Made by a program: the position numbers and the translations under genes. The notes beneath the pieces were generated by a model that did no database searches, was not told where the DNA came from, and saw nothing but the letters and a program-made list of their open reading frames with translations. Of a DNA stretch of 64,000 nt, positions 1 to 10,628 are shown one piece after another. The stretch is from Patellaria atrata CBS 101060 (Eukaryota). Position 1 is the stretch's first letter; each line of letters opens with the position of its first letter. The stretch lies in contig MU006095.1 of NCBI GenBank assembly GCA_010093705.1, positions 434,001-498,000 of the forward strand. The letters are read 5' to 3'.

Positions 1-14
1 TAACTATTAGAAAG

Positions 15-293
15 GAGCTACGAACATCATTAGATTTGGACCAGGACCCAATGGTATGATGCGGACACTAGGTCAATACATGGTTGGATCAGCAGCTACA
101 TTTGGGTATGGTCAACACATCTAGTCCTGCAATGAAGTGTACTAATTGGCGCATAAGATTCTTCATGGCTATCGGGTCTACAATACGTTCGGAAAGCTCA
201 CCTATTGCTGCTGAAGCTTTCACAAGAGCACAACGCCGCCCATTGATCATACCACGACAGCGACAATGGGTATCGAGGAATGGAGAAAGATGA
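15..293 (+). CDS. MGR2: Mitochondrial TIM23-associated Mgr2/ROMO1 family protein, 3' part only (5' exons lie before the window)
   Basis: Splicing exon ~15-105 to exon 158-293 (intron GTATGG...ACTAAT...TAAG) gives [43 protein letters not shown], matching the Mgr2/Romo1 signature (GQYMxGSxATFGFFMxIGSxIR). Confidence 0.88.
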
Positions 294-567
294 ATGGCAT
301 AAAATTAGTGTTCGGGAGTTTAGGACAGACATATTGGGCCACATCCGATGAATTGAAGAATTGTACAAAAAGCTAAGCTCACACCCTCTGCTACATGTAC
401 TTGTAATTTTGTATATATTTTCAGTTTCGGAAGAGGACGACCAAAAGATTTCACGAGAAACCTCCGAGCTGTAACAATGGTGTATCGTATAATGCTAAGA
501 AAGGCGATGAAATTGGGTATCATAAATCAAAACACCGCCCCATCCTTTCGTGGAACGTTTCAAGAGC

Positions 568-1149
568 TCATCTACTTTGTTGCGGTGCTGCCATGCTCAT
601 CCTTAACTGCCTCTCACGCTGGTGAGCTTGCAATGTCAACCTCTCGACAGCATAGCTCAACCTCTCCTTCTTTTGGCGCATCTGCTTAGCTTTTAGCTCT
701 TCTAGACCTTCCAGTTCCCTTCCGCCTCCAGTACTTCCGCCGGCTCTTCCTGTGCTATTTCTCGAAAAGAGATTGTCTCTCGTGTCTTGGGATAATCGCC
801 CTGCCTGAAGATTGTACTTTTGCTTTAAAGTTTCTTCTCTTCTCTCGAGTTTGGCGAGGTAATTAGAGACGCGTTGGAGGAGATTGTCAACTTCTGGCCG
901 GATTTCGGAGATGAGGGATGACTGTGCAACTTGGAGATCGGGTTCCGAGATGAGCTCGAAATGCTTCAAATATATTAGATCTGAACCCCGAGTTCTATAT
1001 TTTCAGCTTGGACATACTCTTGTAGTTTGCAATACTTTCGCTAGCCGGGGGAAATCATTAACGCCAGAATCAAGTATTGAAATGCTAGAATCTAGAAGTT
1101 GCATGCTTGAGCGTAGAGATGCTACGCAGCCTTCAAGAGAATTGGCCAT
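568..1149 (-). CDS. SPC19: DASH/Dam1 kinetochore complex subunit Spc19
   Basis: ATG at 1149, exon 1 MANSLEGCVASLRSSMQLLDSSISILDSGVNDFPRLAKVLQTTR, 54-nt intron 1017-964 (GTATGT...AAG), exon 2 HFELISEPDLQVAQSSL...ERLSYAVERLTLQ. DFPRL..VL.TTRHFEL is the Spc19 motif. Confidence 0.92.
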
Positions 1150-1427
1150 AACGTATCAAATTTTTGGCCGGTCCTAGGATTTTTCAAGAAGAGTAAAATC
1201 AGTTGTCAATGATGTTCCCCGAATACCTTATGTTTACTATCACGAAAAGTGGCTGATACGCCAAGTATTAAAGCTCCGAATCCGTTCAAGTCGGATTCGC
1301 AACATCATCCAGCTTGGCGTCCTTGCTCACCTTTCACGAAACGGCTTCGACCTCTTCCTCGTCCGATATCTCTCGCAACGACCGCAATTGAGCCACGAAC
1401 TTCACATTCCTCACAAAAATCAGCACA
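1150..1427. promoter_or_regulatory. Short divergent (probably bidirectional) promoter between SPC19 and ATP18
   Basis: The two start codons are head-to-head and only ~280 bp apart. Confidence 0.55.
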
Positions 1428-1991
1428 ATGAGTCTTCTAGGCAAGAAATGGCCAGCCCCTGTCGGTACGTCGGATGAACTTTCAATGGATGGAACATTAA
1501 GCTAATAGTGTAATAGCTCAGCCGATGGCTCCCTTCTATGCTGCCGGTACGTAACTTTACCACTTGAACCTTTGAGAACGTCGTGTTGGACCATACTCGT
1601 TAATGGACCTTCTCCATCAACGTGTCTTATTCTGAGGTTTGGGCGGACAGATGCGGATATTGATATCGGCAACGCGGAGAGATAGGAGATATTATAAAAC
1701 AGCCCTACTAACGTAATCATTCAGGTCTTGTCATCCTATACAGTGTTAATTCCTTCGCGAACGTTATGATTGCAAGTCAGTCTCCCTGTTTCAGTTCACC
1801 TCTCTGAGAAGATGTGTTTCTTGCGGACTTAGAACGCTGTATATATCATGCTCCTACAACCTCGAATCCTTACGACTCACTGTACAGCTGAAATAGGAAT
1901 ATGCTAATTACATAAAACAGCCGACGAATTCAAGAATGACCCGCGAAACCCGGCCGCAAAGTCAAACGCGCCACAACCGAATGGCCATTAG
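1428..1991 (+). CDS. ATP18: Mitochondrial ATP synthase subunit j/i (Atp18), four small exons; absent from the ORF track
   Basis: Manual splicing (donors GTACGT, GTACGT, GTCAGT; acceptors TAG/CAG) gives MSLLGKKWPAPVAQPMAPFYAAGLVILYSVNSFANVMIATDEFKNDPRNPAAKSNAPQPNGH*, which has the diagnostic EFKNDPRNP motif. Confidence 0.92.
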
Positions 1992-3764
1992 AGGAAGTCG
2001 AATGGATCAACTGGAGATGTATGATAGCTGTCGAGAGTGGTTGAGATTGATCAAGGGATATGAAGAACGCCTGTATATACGACAAGCTATAGAGGAATTT
2101 TCTGGCCCTTCACATTGCTTTAGTGGGCTACTAAAGCCTATCAAGAAATGTTTTAGCAAAACTTGATCCAGTCAGCTGTCAATCTCTTATCACCGTTACC
2201 ACAAATGGACAGATATTCATCTCCTCATGTTTCTGGATAGCCATTCACCCATTTGCCCGAGTTCTTTTCACATCATATTCCGTCACCTCCATGGTATTGA
2301 TAGTTAAGTGATGCAATCCTAGACTCTACGTCAGACTATATAGATATGTGGCTGTGTATATGTTCAAATCTACACGTCCCACTCATATCTGAATCTGGCC
2401 TACAATAAGACCTCTGCCAAGATGTTACTCATACGCCTTGGAATTATGTCAAAGTGAGTGCGTGGTCGAAAAGTGGGGATATCACATATTAGACGTATGT
2501 TCCTCGGAATATCGTCTCAAAATAACCCGAATACAAGACAAAGGCTTATCAGCTTCCAATCAAGTTGATGCCGTACGGTAACTCAAGTCCGTATGTAACT
2601 GTGTGTAAAGGTTTGGCCGAGCGGCTGGTTGGAAAGCTGCGGCTGCAGAGTGAAGTGGTACTACTTGGATATGGGAACGAGCAAGTCGTGGCTGCAGCAG
2701 AGTTCTGCAACGTGAAGCGGGCATTGGCCTCTGAATACCGCTTCGCATATTGTAGATTGTTTCAGGTGCTTCCATGATTGCCACAGCACAAGTTAGGGAG
2801 TTCTGAGGCTTTAAATTTACGGAATGCGGTGCTTGGGCCAAAGAGTGCCAAGGACATGTATTGAAAAGAGTTCCGAAATGGGGTGCATGAAAAGAGTGAG
2901 GCATTACTGTTGCAGAGATGGACTTATCTGATAATGAATCGAGCCTTGATATCAAATGCGTTGGGCTAATGATGCTATTAAGGGTTGACAGCTCCGAATA
3001 GATTCTAGTGTTTGTTTGTAGTTGCTCATTTCACAGGCTTAATAAAGATTCCTCATTGCCTTCTACTGTATGTATCTTAATAAATCATTGGGAGCTGATA
3101 ATCCTCACACGAATGGAGGTTGAGCTGTCACTCAAAGAAAGAAGTCTGAGCTAGCCGCACCTACTATTTTGGGCTACCGCGCTTAGCTTACAAGTTAGGT
3201 AAGACCCTTCCGGTGCCCACTGCTCTGCCCAAGAGCCCATCCACCGCCCCAAGGTCCATCCACCATTTGTCTCTTTTCTTAATTCTCTTTCAACCACCAA
3301 ATATCCTCCACTTCTTCTTCTCCATACCTCGAGAATAGGATCAGGTTGCCTGGACGCGTTTGGCATATCGCAGCTTTGCTCTGCGAGCTCGTTTGCATCC
3401 CTATTGCCATCCGTCATAGCCGGTACGTCAGGCTTCAATCTACATCTCCACCCTCTCACACGCCCTGCACCGCTTTACCTCAATATACAGCAGTGTGTGG
3501 CTAGAATACTCACGCTTGAGACAATCAACAAGTCACGAGTAGTCTCGGCACCTCAGCTCTCTATTTTACATTTATCATCTCTATCATTCTTCTATTTCAC
3601 ACGCCCTTTATCCCTTGATCATTGTCGGCACACCGCCTCATTGGCGAAGCTCTTTACTGACCGGTTTCTCCTCACTAGGCTGACAACAACTTCTAACCTT
3701 CCTCCACCTACAAACATTCGAAATCTCGACCGTTGTTCTCGAAGAACAACCTCTTAATCCGATC

Positions 3765-5294
3765 ATGACAACAATGGTAGCATACCCTTTGTTCTTTACG
3801 CTCCTCTGCTTCATAGCACGCAACCTGAGAGGCACACCGTCGGTAGTGTCTCGAGGAATGCCCGCTTTGAACATCGCAACCTTATTATCAATGAACTCTG
3901 TACTAATCTTCTTGATAGGATTTACGTGTAGGCAACAAATACCGAATCGGGCGTAAAATCGGTAGTGGGAGTTTCGGAGATATCTATCTTGGTCGGTACT
4001 CCCATGCTTGAAAATATATATCGTCATTAACATTACTTTAGGTACGAATATTATCTCCGGAGAAGAAATTGCCATTAAACTTGAGAGCGTCAAGGCCAAG
4101 CACCCACAGTTGGAATATGAGGCCCGTGTCTACAAGTCCCTCGCCGGTGGTGTTGGTATCCCCTTTGTCCGCTGGTTTGGAACAGAATGTGACTACAATG
4201 CCATGGTTCTGGACTTGCTTGGACCTAGTTTGGAGGATCTCTTCAACTTCTGCAACCGGAAGTTCTCCCTGAAGACTGTCCTTCTACTCGCAGACCAACT
4301 CATTTCCCGTATTGAGTATATTCACGCCAAGTCCTTCATCCACCGTGATATCAAGCCTGACAACTTCCTGATGGGTATTGGTAAGCGGGGAAACCAAGTC
4401 AATGTCATCGATTTTGGTCTTGCCAAGAAGTACCGAGACCCGAAAACCCATTTTCATATCCCTTACCGTGAGAACAAGAACTTGACTGGTACTGCTCGTT
4501 ATGCCAGTATCAACACTCACTTGGGCGTTGGTAAGTCTCAGCCTCATCGTCCCATGTGCTTCTAGTCTAACAATTTTTCAGAACAATCACGCCGTGATGA
4601 CATGGAGTCCCTTGGATACGTTATGCTGTACTTCTGTCGTGGTTCCCTCCCTTGGCAGGGATTGAAAGCGGCAACCAAGAAGCAGAAGTACGACAGGATC
4701 ATGGAGAAGAAGATGACCACTCCAACCGAAGTTCTCTGCCGTGGATTTCCCAATGAGTTTGCCATCTACTTGAACTACACGCGTTCTCTTCGCTTCGATG
4801 ACAAACCTGATTACTCGTACCTTCGCAAGATTTTCCGAGATCTTTTCGTTCGCGAGGGATTCCAGTACGATTATGTCTTCGACTGGACTGTCTACAAGTA
4901 TCAGAAGAACGCCCAAGCCATTGCTCAAGCTGCGGGTAATCAGAATCAAGCCGATGAATCTGAAGACAAGGCCGGGCGTAGCCGCCATGTCACCAACGCT
5001 CAGGGCACCAACGCAGCCGCTGGACCATCTCCCGCTGCCGGTACTGTTAATGACAAACGTCGAGGGCCCGTCAACTCGCGTCAAGAGGGCACTGGAATGT
5101 GAGTTCTTACGACACCTGATCCACTCGTCCATCCTTGTAAGGGACTCTTCTCCTGTGCGTTTAGTGTTCGAAGATGACGCTTGGCGCGGGGGATTTTTGA
5201 CTCATGTTCACTAATCATTGTTCCGTATCTTAGGCAACTTCGATCTGGAGCCAAGCGTGGAGGTACCGATCAGTATCAGTCGACTGGTTATTGA
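3765..5294 (+). CDS. HRR25: Casein kinase I (Hrr25/Hhp1/CK1a ortholog), five exons
   Basis: Spliced product: [44 protein letters not shown]...[10 protein letters not shown]...DFGLAKKY...[28 protein letters not shown]...[24 protein letters not shown]. Last intron 5099-5233 (GTGAGT...CTAAT...TAG); retaining it stops the protein at 5102. Confidence 0.96.
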
Positions 5295-6391
5295 TATACT
5301 CGCCTCATTCCTTGTGCGATCTCATACATTTGGACTCCATACCTTGGAGCACTGGCTGCACAGCCATGTTCGACCCGTTAATTCTGCAAGTGGGAAACGC
5401 GGCTTCGTTGTCGTTGTCGTTAATTTCCCTTGCATGGTGGTCTCTTTTCGTCCTTAACTGCAAACGGTCTATTGTTTATCCTTTTCGATTCCATCCGATC
5501 TGACAGCAACTATCCGACACTTCTTCCGGCTAGAGTCGAAAAGTCTTTGACCTGTTGCTCTTTTATCACCTAGGATAAGCTAGTCTCTCATTGTCTTCGG
5601 ATCGCAGTCGTCATAGGCCCAAAAACTTTCTTTCAACTCTCCAAATAGGATACCGTCTTCACCAGTCTCTCCCCTCAACACAGAGTCTGTATCCTTCTGA
5701 TGGGAGATGGAAACGTTTTGTTCACAATGACTCCGATGCTCTTATGGTTTCCACAAGCATAAATTCCCCTAATCACCCCCTTATCCTGCTGTTTATCTCT
5801 ATACTTTCATCATTATCTGCGAGTTATTGCTTCGAAGTCAGGTTGTGTTTCAATGGCATGGTCTGCCAGCGCGTGGGGAGGTTTTGCGCTAAACTAGGGG
5901 AAGGACAGATCAAAATGACACAATATCACATATCGTCGGTTGAGAGGCCTCTCTTCTCCGACTGATATTCATGAAATTGTAGGAAAGGGTCAAGTCAGGT
6001 CAGAGCAACGTCATATTTGCCCTCTTGACTTTATCAAGGACGGTACTTCAAAAACGGTGTCTTTGACCTGGCTCCTCTTAAATGGGTCAACCTGAAGGAT
6101 CAATGTTATAACGGCTTTAATGAAATAAATCTTGCTTTTTCAAAATCTACCGCTTAGTAGTAATCTTCTGATCGTCATGGAAATCGTGACATTCTAGATA
6201 CCATACCAAAATCAGTATCGTAGTAGGTGGATATAATTGAAATCCGTTGGCAGTGATTGGCCGAGATGGTAAGAAGCTTAGCTCAACTTCATGACTCGTG
6301 CGTCTCTCTTTGCGTCCCGAAAATAAAACGTTGAACGGCGAAAGGGCGAAAACAGTATCATCTACATTCCACCTTAATTCCTTCTGACTAG

Positions 6392-8902
6392 ATGGCTACG
6401 ATGCTCGCGAGACGGAAACTCCATCCTATATGCCTCGCATGCAGACTAAGAATTTTGCCCCGTCAACTTGCTGCTGAAAATATCCTCTCCCAAAACGCAG
6501 TAGCACCTGCATTTCGCTCGCGGCCGCTGAAACCTTATATCATTCGCGTCCAAAAACGGACATTCACGTCGACAGGAAGGGTATCTGATGGAAGCTCTGA
6601 TCTACAGAATAATGTCAAGCACACACTGGTAGATGCACTACCTCCTGATCTCCCTCACTCTCAGGAGCAGATGGAGGCTATTGTGAGACAAACCAGGAGA
6701 ATCTATGGGGATATGTTGCCAGAGGGATTCCTGACAGAAGATGAATATGTGCTGTATGAACGGTTATATGGAGCACCTATCAAGACAATGGGAGTTGGTG
6801 AGGTGGAGGAGGCTGTCGAAGAAGAGACGAATCAGGACTTGGAAGAGGAAGAAGCAGAAGGGACTATCCTTTATCGTACTAGCGAGGATGGGAAGATAGA
6901 GAAGGTTCAGTTAGAGGCTGATGAGCCAGAGGAGTTGGAAAATGCGGAGGAGGAGCTACTCATGCCCGCGGAAATGGATTGTGCAGAGGAGGAAGCGCTG
7001 GGTTTACAGTCCAGTGACAAGCAAGATGCTCTGCAATCTTCCAAGGACGACGCACAACTTGAGCGCGATATAAGAGCTGCGATTGAGATGGGTGCACTAA
7101 TAGAGACGAGTAGTGAGGTAGATGATACGGTAGATGAGGAAGAGGACGAGGACTTCGTTAGAGGACACCCGTTAACTTCCGAGGGTCGTTGGGGTCCATC
7201 ACCTTCAACTATAAAATTACCTCAAGGCACATATGTGGACCCTGCTACAGCACTTCTAGCAAGGTCTTCAAATAAGCACTTGGATGAGGCCGCTGAGCGT
7301 CTGTTTGGTGGTAAAGGATTTCCTCATTCGACATCTACGCCTCGTGGGCCTGGTTTGAAACAGCAACCTATTGGTCTTGACTCATCTCAGACGCAAATGG
7401 GGGAAATTGAAGCGGATGTCTTTACGTCTGTACTCATGCCCGGATTCTATGCCTCTGTAATGAGCAGCTTAGTGGAAGTTCGTAAACGACTTGGCTCTGA
7501 ATGGGTAGAGAGACTATTCTCAAAACCTGGGGGACCAAGGATACTAGATACAGGTTCTGGAGGAGCTGGTGTTCTTGCGTGGCGTGATATCCTTCGAGCG
7601 GAGTGGGATCGAATTCACGAAGATACAATCTCTCGAGAGTCTGTACCGCTAGGACGAGCAACCGTCGTAACAGGAGCTGACTCTCTCCGGCACCGCGCAA
7701 GTCGGTTTCTAGACAATACAACCTTCCTTCCTCGCCTTCCGGACTACGTCTCCCCTAACGATGAACAGACTGCACAACCAAGGAAACAATACGACATCAT
7801 CATTGCCTCCCACACCCTCTGGCCCATCAAAGAAGACTACATGCGCAAACATCAAGTCCAAAACCTCTGGTCCCTCCTCAACCCTTCCGGCGGCGTCCTC
7901 ATCCTCATTGAAAAAGGCCTTCCCCGAGGTTTTGAAGCCATAGCCGGGGCTCGCGCTCTCCTTCTCGACAAACATATCGCATCGCCCGGCTCTCTCACCT
8001 ACCAGACTCCATTGCAAGACTCTACAAGCAACGAACTCTTCCTTGAGAAAGAAACGGGCATGATCATCGCACCGTGTACGAATCATGGAACGTGTCCAAT
8101 GTATGCCGTTCCCGGAACGAGCCAGGGACGGAAAGACCTCTGCCACTTCTCCCAACGCTACATCCGCCCTCCTTTCCTCCAACGCACCATCGGTGCCAAA
8201 GTCAGCAACCACGAAGACGTCAAGTTCAGCTACCTCGCCGTCCAACGCGGTCGCGACCTCCGCAGTCCTACTCCCTCGGATCCAGTAGTAAACGGTATTG
8301 TGCAAGGCGATCCGGCTACCAAGGCCGCGTTCGAGGGCCACGATTCGGAAGCAAATGGACGGGGGGATGTGTCTATGCTCACGCTTCCCCGTAATGTTTT
8401 GCCACCTATTAAGTCTCGCGGACATGTTATATTGGATCTCTGCACCCCCTCCGGCACCCTTGAGCGGTGGACTGTCCCGAAGAGCTGGGGCAAAGTCGCA
8501 TATCGCGATGCGCGGAAGGCGAGGTGGGGCGATCTGTGGGCTTTGGGTGCCAAGACGAGGGTGCCGCGAAATGTAAGACTAGGCGCGCCGGTGGAGGAAG
8601 GCAAGAAAGCGAAGGTCGGAAAGGGAAAGGGGGAGAAAATGTGGAAGGAGGGAAGGGAGAAGGGGGATAATGAGTGGAAACGGGGTGTTAGGGAGAATAA
8701 GGGGATGAGTGCTAAGGAGGGGAAGCAGAAGCAGAGGATGGGTGAGGATTTGGGACGGTTGGACGAGTTGGAGGATATGGTTGAGATGGCGGATGCGATG
8801 GGTTTGCTTAATGGGGGGTTCGAGGAGAAGGAGAAAGAGACGAGGAGGACGAGGGCGAGGGATAGGAGGAAGGGGAGGAGGACGAGGGGAGAGGAGTGGT
8901 AG
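6392..8902 (+). CDS. RSM22: Mitoribosome small-subunit assembly factor Rsm22/METTL17 (SAM-methyltransferase fold, Fe-S cysteines)
   Basis: 836-aa ORF with an Arg-rich presequence-like N-terminus, ILDTGSGGAG SAM motif, LILIEKG.P.GFE, IIAPCTNHGTCPM..CHFSQR, LDLCTPSGTLERWTVPKSWGK.AYRDARKARWGDLW. Confidence 0.93.
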   Translation: MATMLARRKLHPICLACRLRILPRQLAAENILSQNAVAPAFRSRPLKPYIIRVQKRTFTSTGRVSDGSSDLQNNVKHTLVDALPPDLPHSQEQMEAIVRQTRRIYGDMLPEGFLTEDEYVLYERLYGAPIKTMGVGEVEEAVEEETNQDLEEEEAEGTILYRTSEDGKIEKVQLEADEPEELENAEEELLMPAEMDCAEEEALGLQSSDKQDALQSSKDDAQLERDIRAAIEMGALIETSSEVDDTVDEEEDEDFVRGHPLTSEGRWGPSPSTIKLPQGTYVDPATALLARSSNKHLDEAAERLFGGKGFPHSTSTPRGPGLKQQPIGLDSSQTQMGEIEADVFTSVLMPGFYASVMSSLVEVRKRLGSEWVERLFSKPGGPRILDTGSGGAGVLAWRDILRAEWDRIHEDTISRESVPLGRATVVTGADSLRHRASRFLDNTTFLPRLPDYVSPNDEQTAQPRKQYDIIIASHTLWPIKEDYMRKHQVQNLWSLLNPSGGVLILIEKGLPRGFEAIAGARALLLDKHIASPGSLTYQTPLQDSTSNELFLEKETGMIIAPCTNHGTCPMYAVPGTSQGRKDLCHFSQRYIRPPFLQRTIGAKVSNHEDVKFSYLAVQRGRDLRSPTPSDPVVNGIVQGDPATKAAFEGHDSEANGRGDVSMLTLPRNVLPPIKSRGHVILDLCTPSGTLERWTVPKSWGKVAYRDARKARWGDLWALGAKTRVPRNVRLGAPVEEGKKAKVGKGKGEKMWKEGREKGDNEWKRGVRENKGMSAKEGKQKQRMGEDLGRLDELEDMVEMADAMGLLNGGFEEKEKETRRTRARDRRKGRRTRGEEW

Positions 8903-9154
8903 GCCTTTGGTGCTGGGGTTTGTGGGTTTTGGTGTTGTAAGTGCATGAATGGGAATGCGTATTATAGGTATTTGGGTGGGATATAGGGATGGCTGTGCGG
9001 ATGGCGTATGTTTAAAAGTGTATAAATAGTTGTATAATACATCGAATAGAGGGGATTATGCTCAGGAGATTACTGGTTCCACTATCCTATTCTATTTCAT
9101 CAGGGCTTTAGATTGAGTTCAGAATAAACGAGTCCAACCGTATGGCAATGAAGG

Positions 9155-10123
9155 CTAAGTCCAGCATACCATTTTTTCCACCTCACTCCATTCTATCTCA
9201 CCAATACAAGAACACCGGGTATCATTTCCAGACACTATCAGCCTGCCATCATCTAAACCCCATTTCCCCTCTCCCCCACTCACTTCCCCTCCGTCTCCCA
9301 TCCGCCTCCACAATCTCCCGCCCAACCCTGACCGTATCCCCCACACTCCCAGCATCAACCCACACCCTCCCATTCCTCCCCACCGCACACTCAAAGCCTC
9401 TGCCCTCCCCAATGAACCTCTTCACGCCCTCGATCCCCGCGACCCCGTCTCCCTTCTTCAACAGCTCCCGCGCGAACCCGAGCGAGATATCCCAGACCAT
9501 GCCGCCCTTTAGCGGGCCGAGACCGTCGGCTTTGCCGGTGCTGGGGTGGATGCATTCGAGTTCGGTTTCTGGTGAGGAGGAAGAGGAGGAGGAGGTTAAG
9601 TGGGTGGATGAAGGGGTAGAGGCAATGCGGGCGTAGACGAGAGAGCCGGGAAGGAGGATGGGACGGGTTTTCTTTGTTGCGGATTCGAAACTTAGGTGTG
9701 GGAGGAGGGTGGGGGGCGTATACGGGGACAGAGAGCAGGTGTAGGATTCCGGGTGCGATGAGAGAATTGTGGCGATTATTAGGTCGGAGGGGTGGGGGAT
9801 GTACTGTGGGGGTTTGTTAGTTGGGTTGGTTGTGGAAGGATGTGGGTGTGGTATTTCTTTGGTTTTATTGGGGGGAGTGGGCTTAGGAGTTTGGGGACTT
9901 TTTGGGGAGGCGGGAAAGGGCTTACGCGACCGCCGTTGTTCTCAACCCATATTGCGTTTTTCTTGCTGTCTGTGTGGAGGGGTCCTGCGAGGTGTGCGGT
10001 GATTGTCAATGGAGGCGTGTGTCGTAGACCGGGACCGAGGGTTAGAGGTTTCGATGGGTTTTTAGCGTGAGGGAGGGCGGAAGGAGGGATTGTATCGCCA
10101 GGAAGAAGGATTGAGGAGGCCAT
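9155..10123 (-). CDS. RRP40: Exosome cap subunit Rrp40 (S1/KH domains); 3' end uncertain
   Basis: MASSILLPGD...LTLGPGLRH...IWVENNGGR | intron 9925-9804 | YIPHPSDLIIATI...LSFESATKKTRPILLPGSLVYARI...ELEC.HPSTGKADGLGPLKGGM...FECAVGRNGRVWV. The stop is at 9249, or at 9155 after a probable further intron. Confidence 0.9.
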
Positions 10124-10628
10124 TGTGAGCCTATTGACGTTGGTGGGGAATTGGGTTTGGAATATAAGGTCAGAGCTCTAAAATGTTCGTTGAAACTTTT
10201 TGGTGTTGATGGAAGGATATAGTTTAATCTTATCTTATCATGATTGTGATACCCTAACTAATCTAAGCGTGATCTTATCTACACGTGATGAGCTTTAAAT
10301 CGAGGACTTTTCGATAGGGTATCATACCCCTGAAGCACCTTTCCCTCGTCATCCGGAGATCTGTTGTGTACCTGCATGTCTCGAAATGTTTCCTCCGTCG
10401 AGCTGAAATACTCGTCCTCCTCTCTTCGAAATTGTATAATACTATCCTACTTTGATAACCGATCGTTGATTCCATTCTCTAGAACTACCGTAGCTTGCTC
10501 CTAAGAAGTGGACACGTCGCGATCCAAAAGTTCTCGCGCACCAAGCTAGCGTCAAGGATCTCCCACGAACCACAAAGAATATTTGAAAAAGTTACGGACC
10601 GCAAAGACAGGCCTCTCGCATTACATGG

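Noticed and set aside
7709..9636. Long antisense ORFs over RSM22 and RRP40 (also over PL3 and annexin)
   Set aside because: Explained by codon bias and the extreme G/C skew of the real genes; low complexity and no domains.
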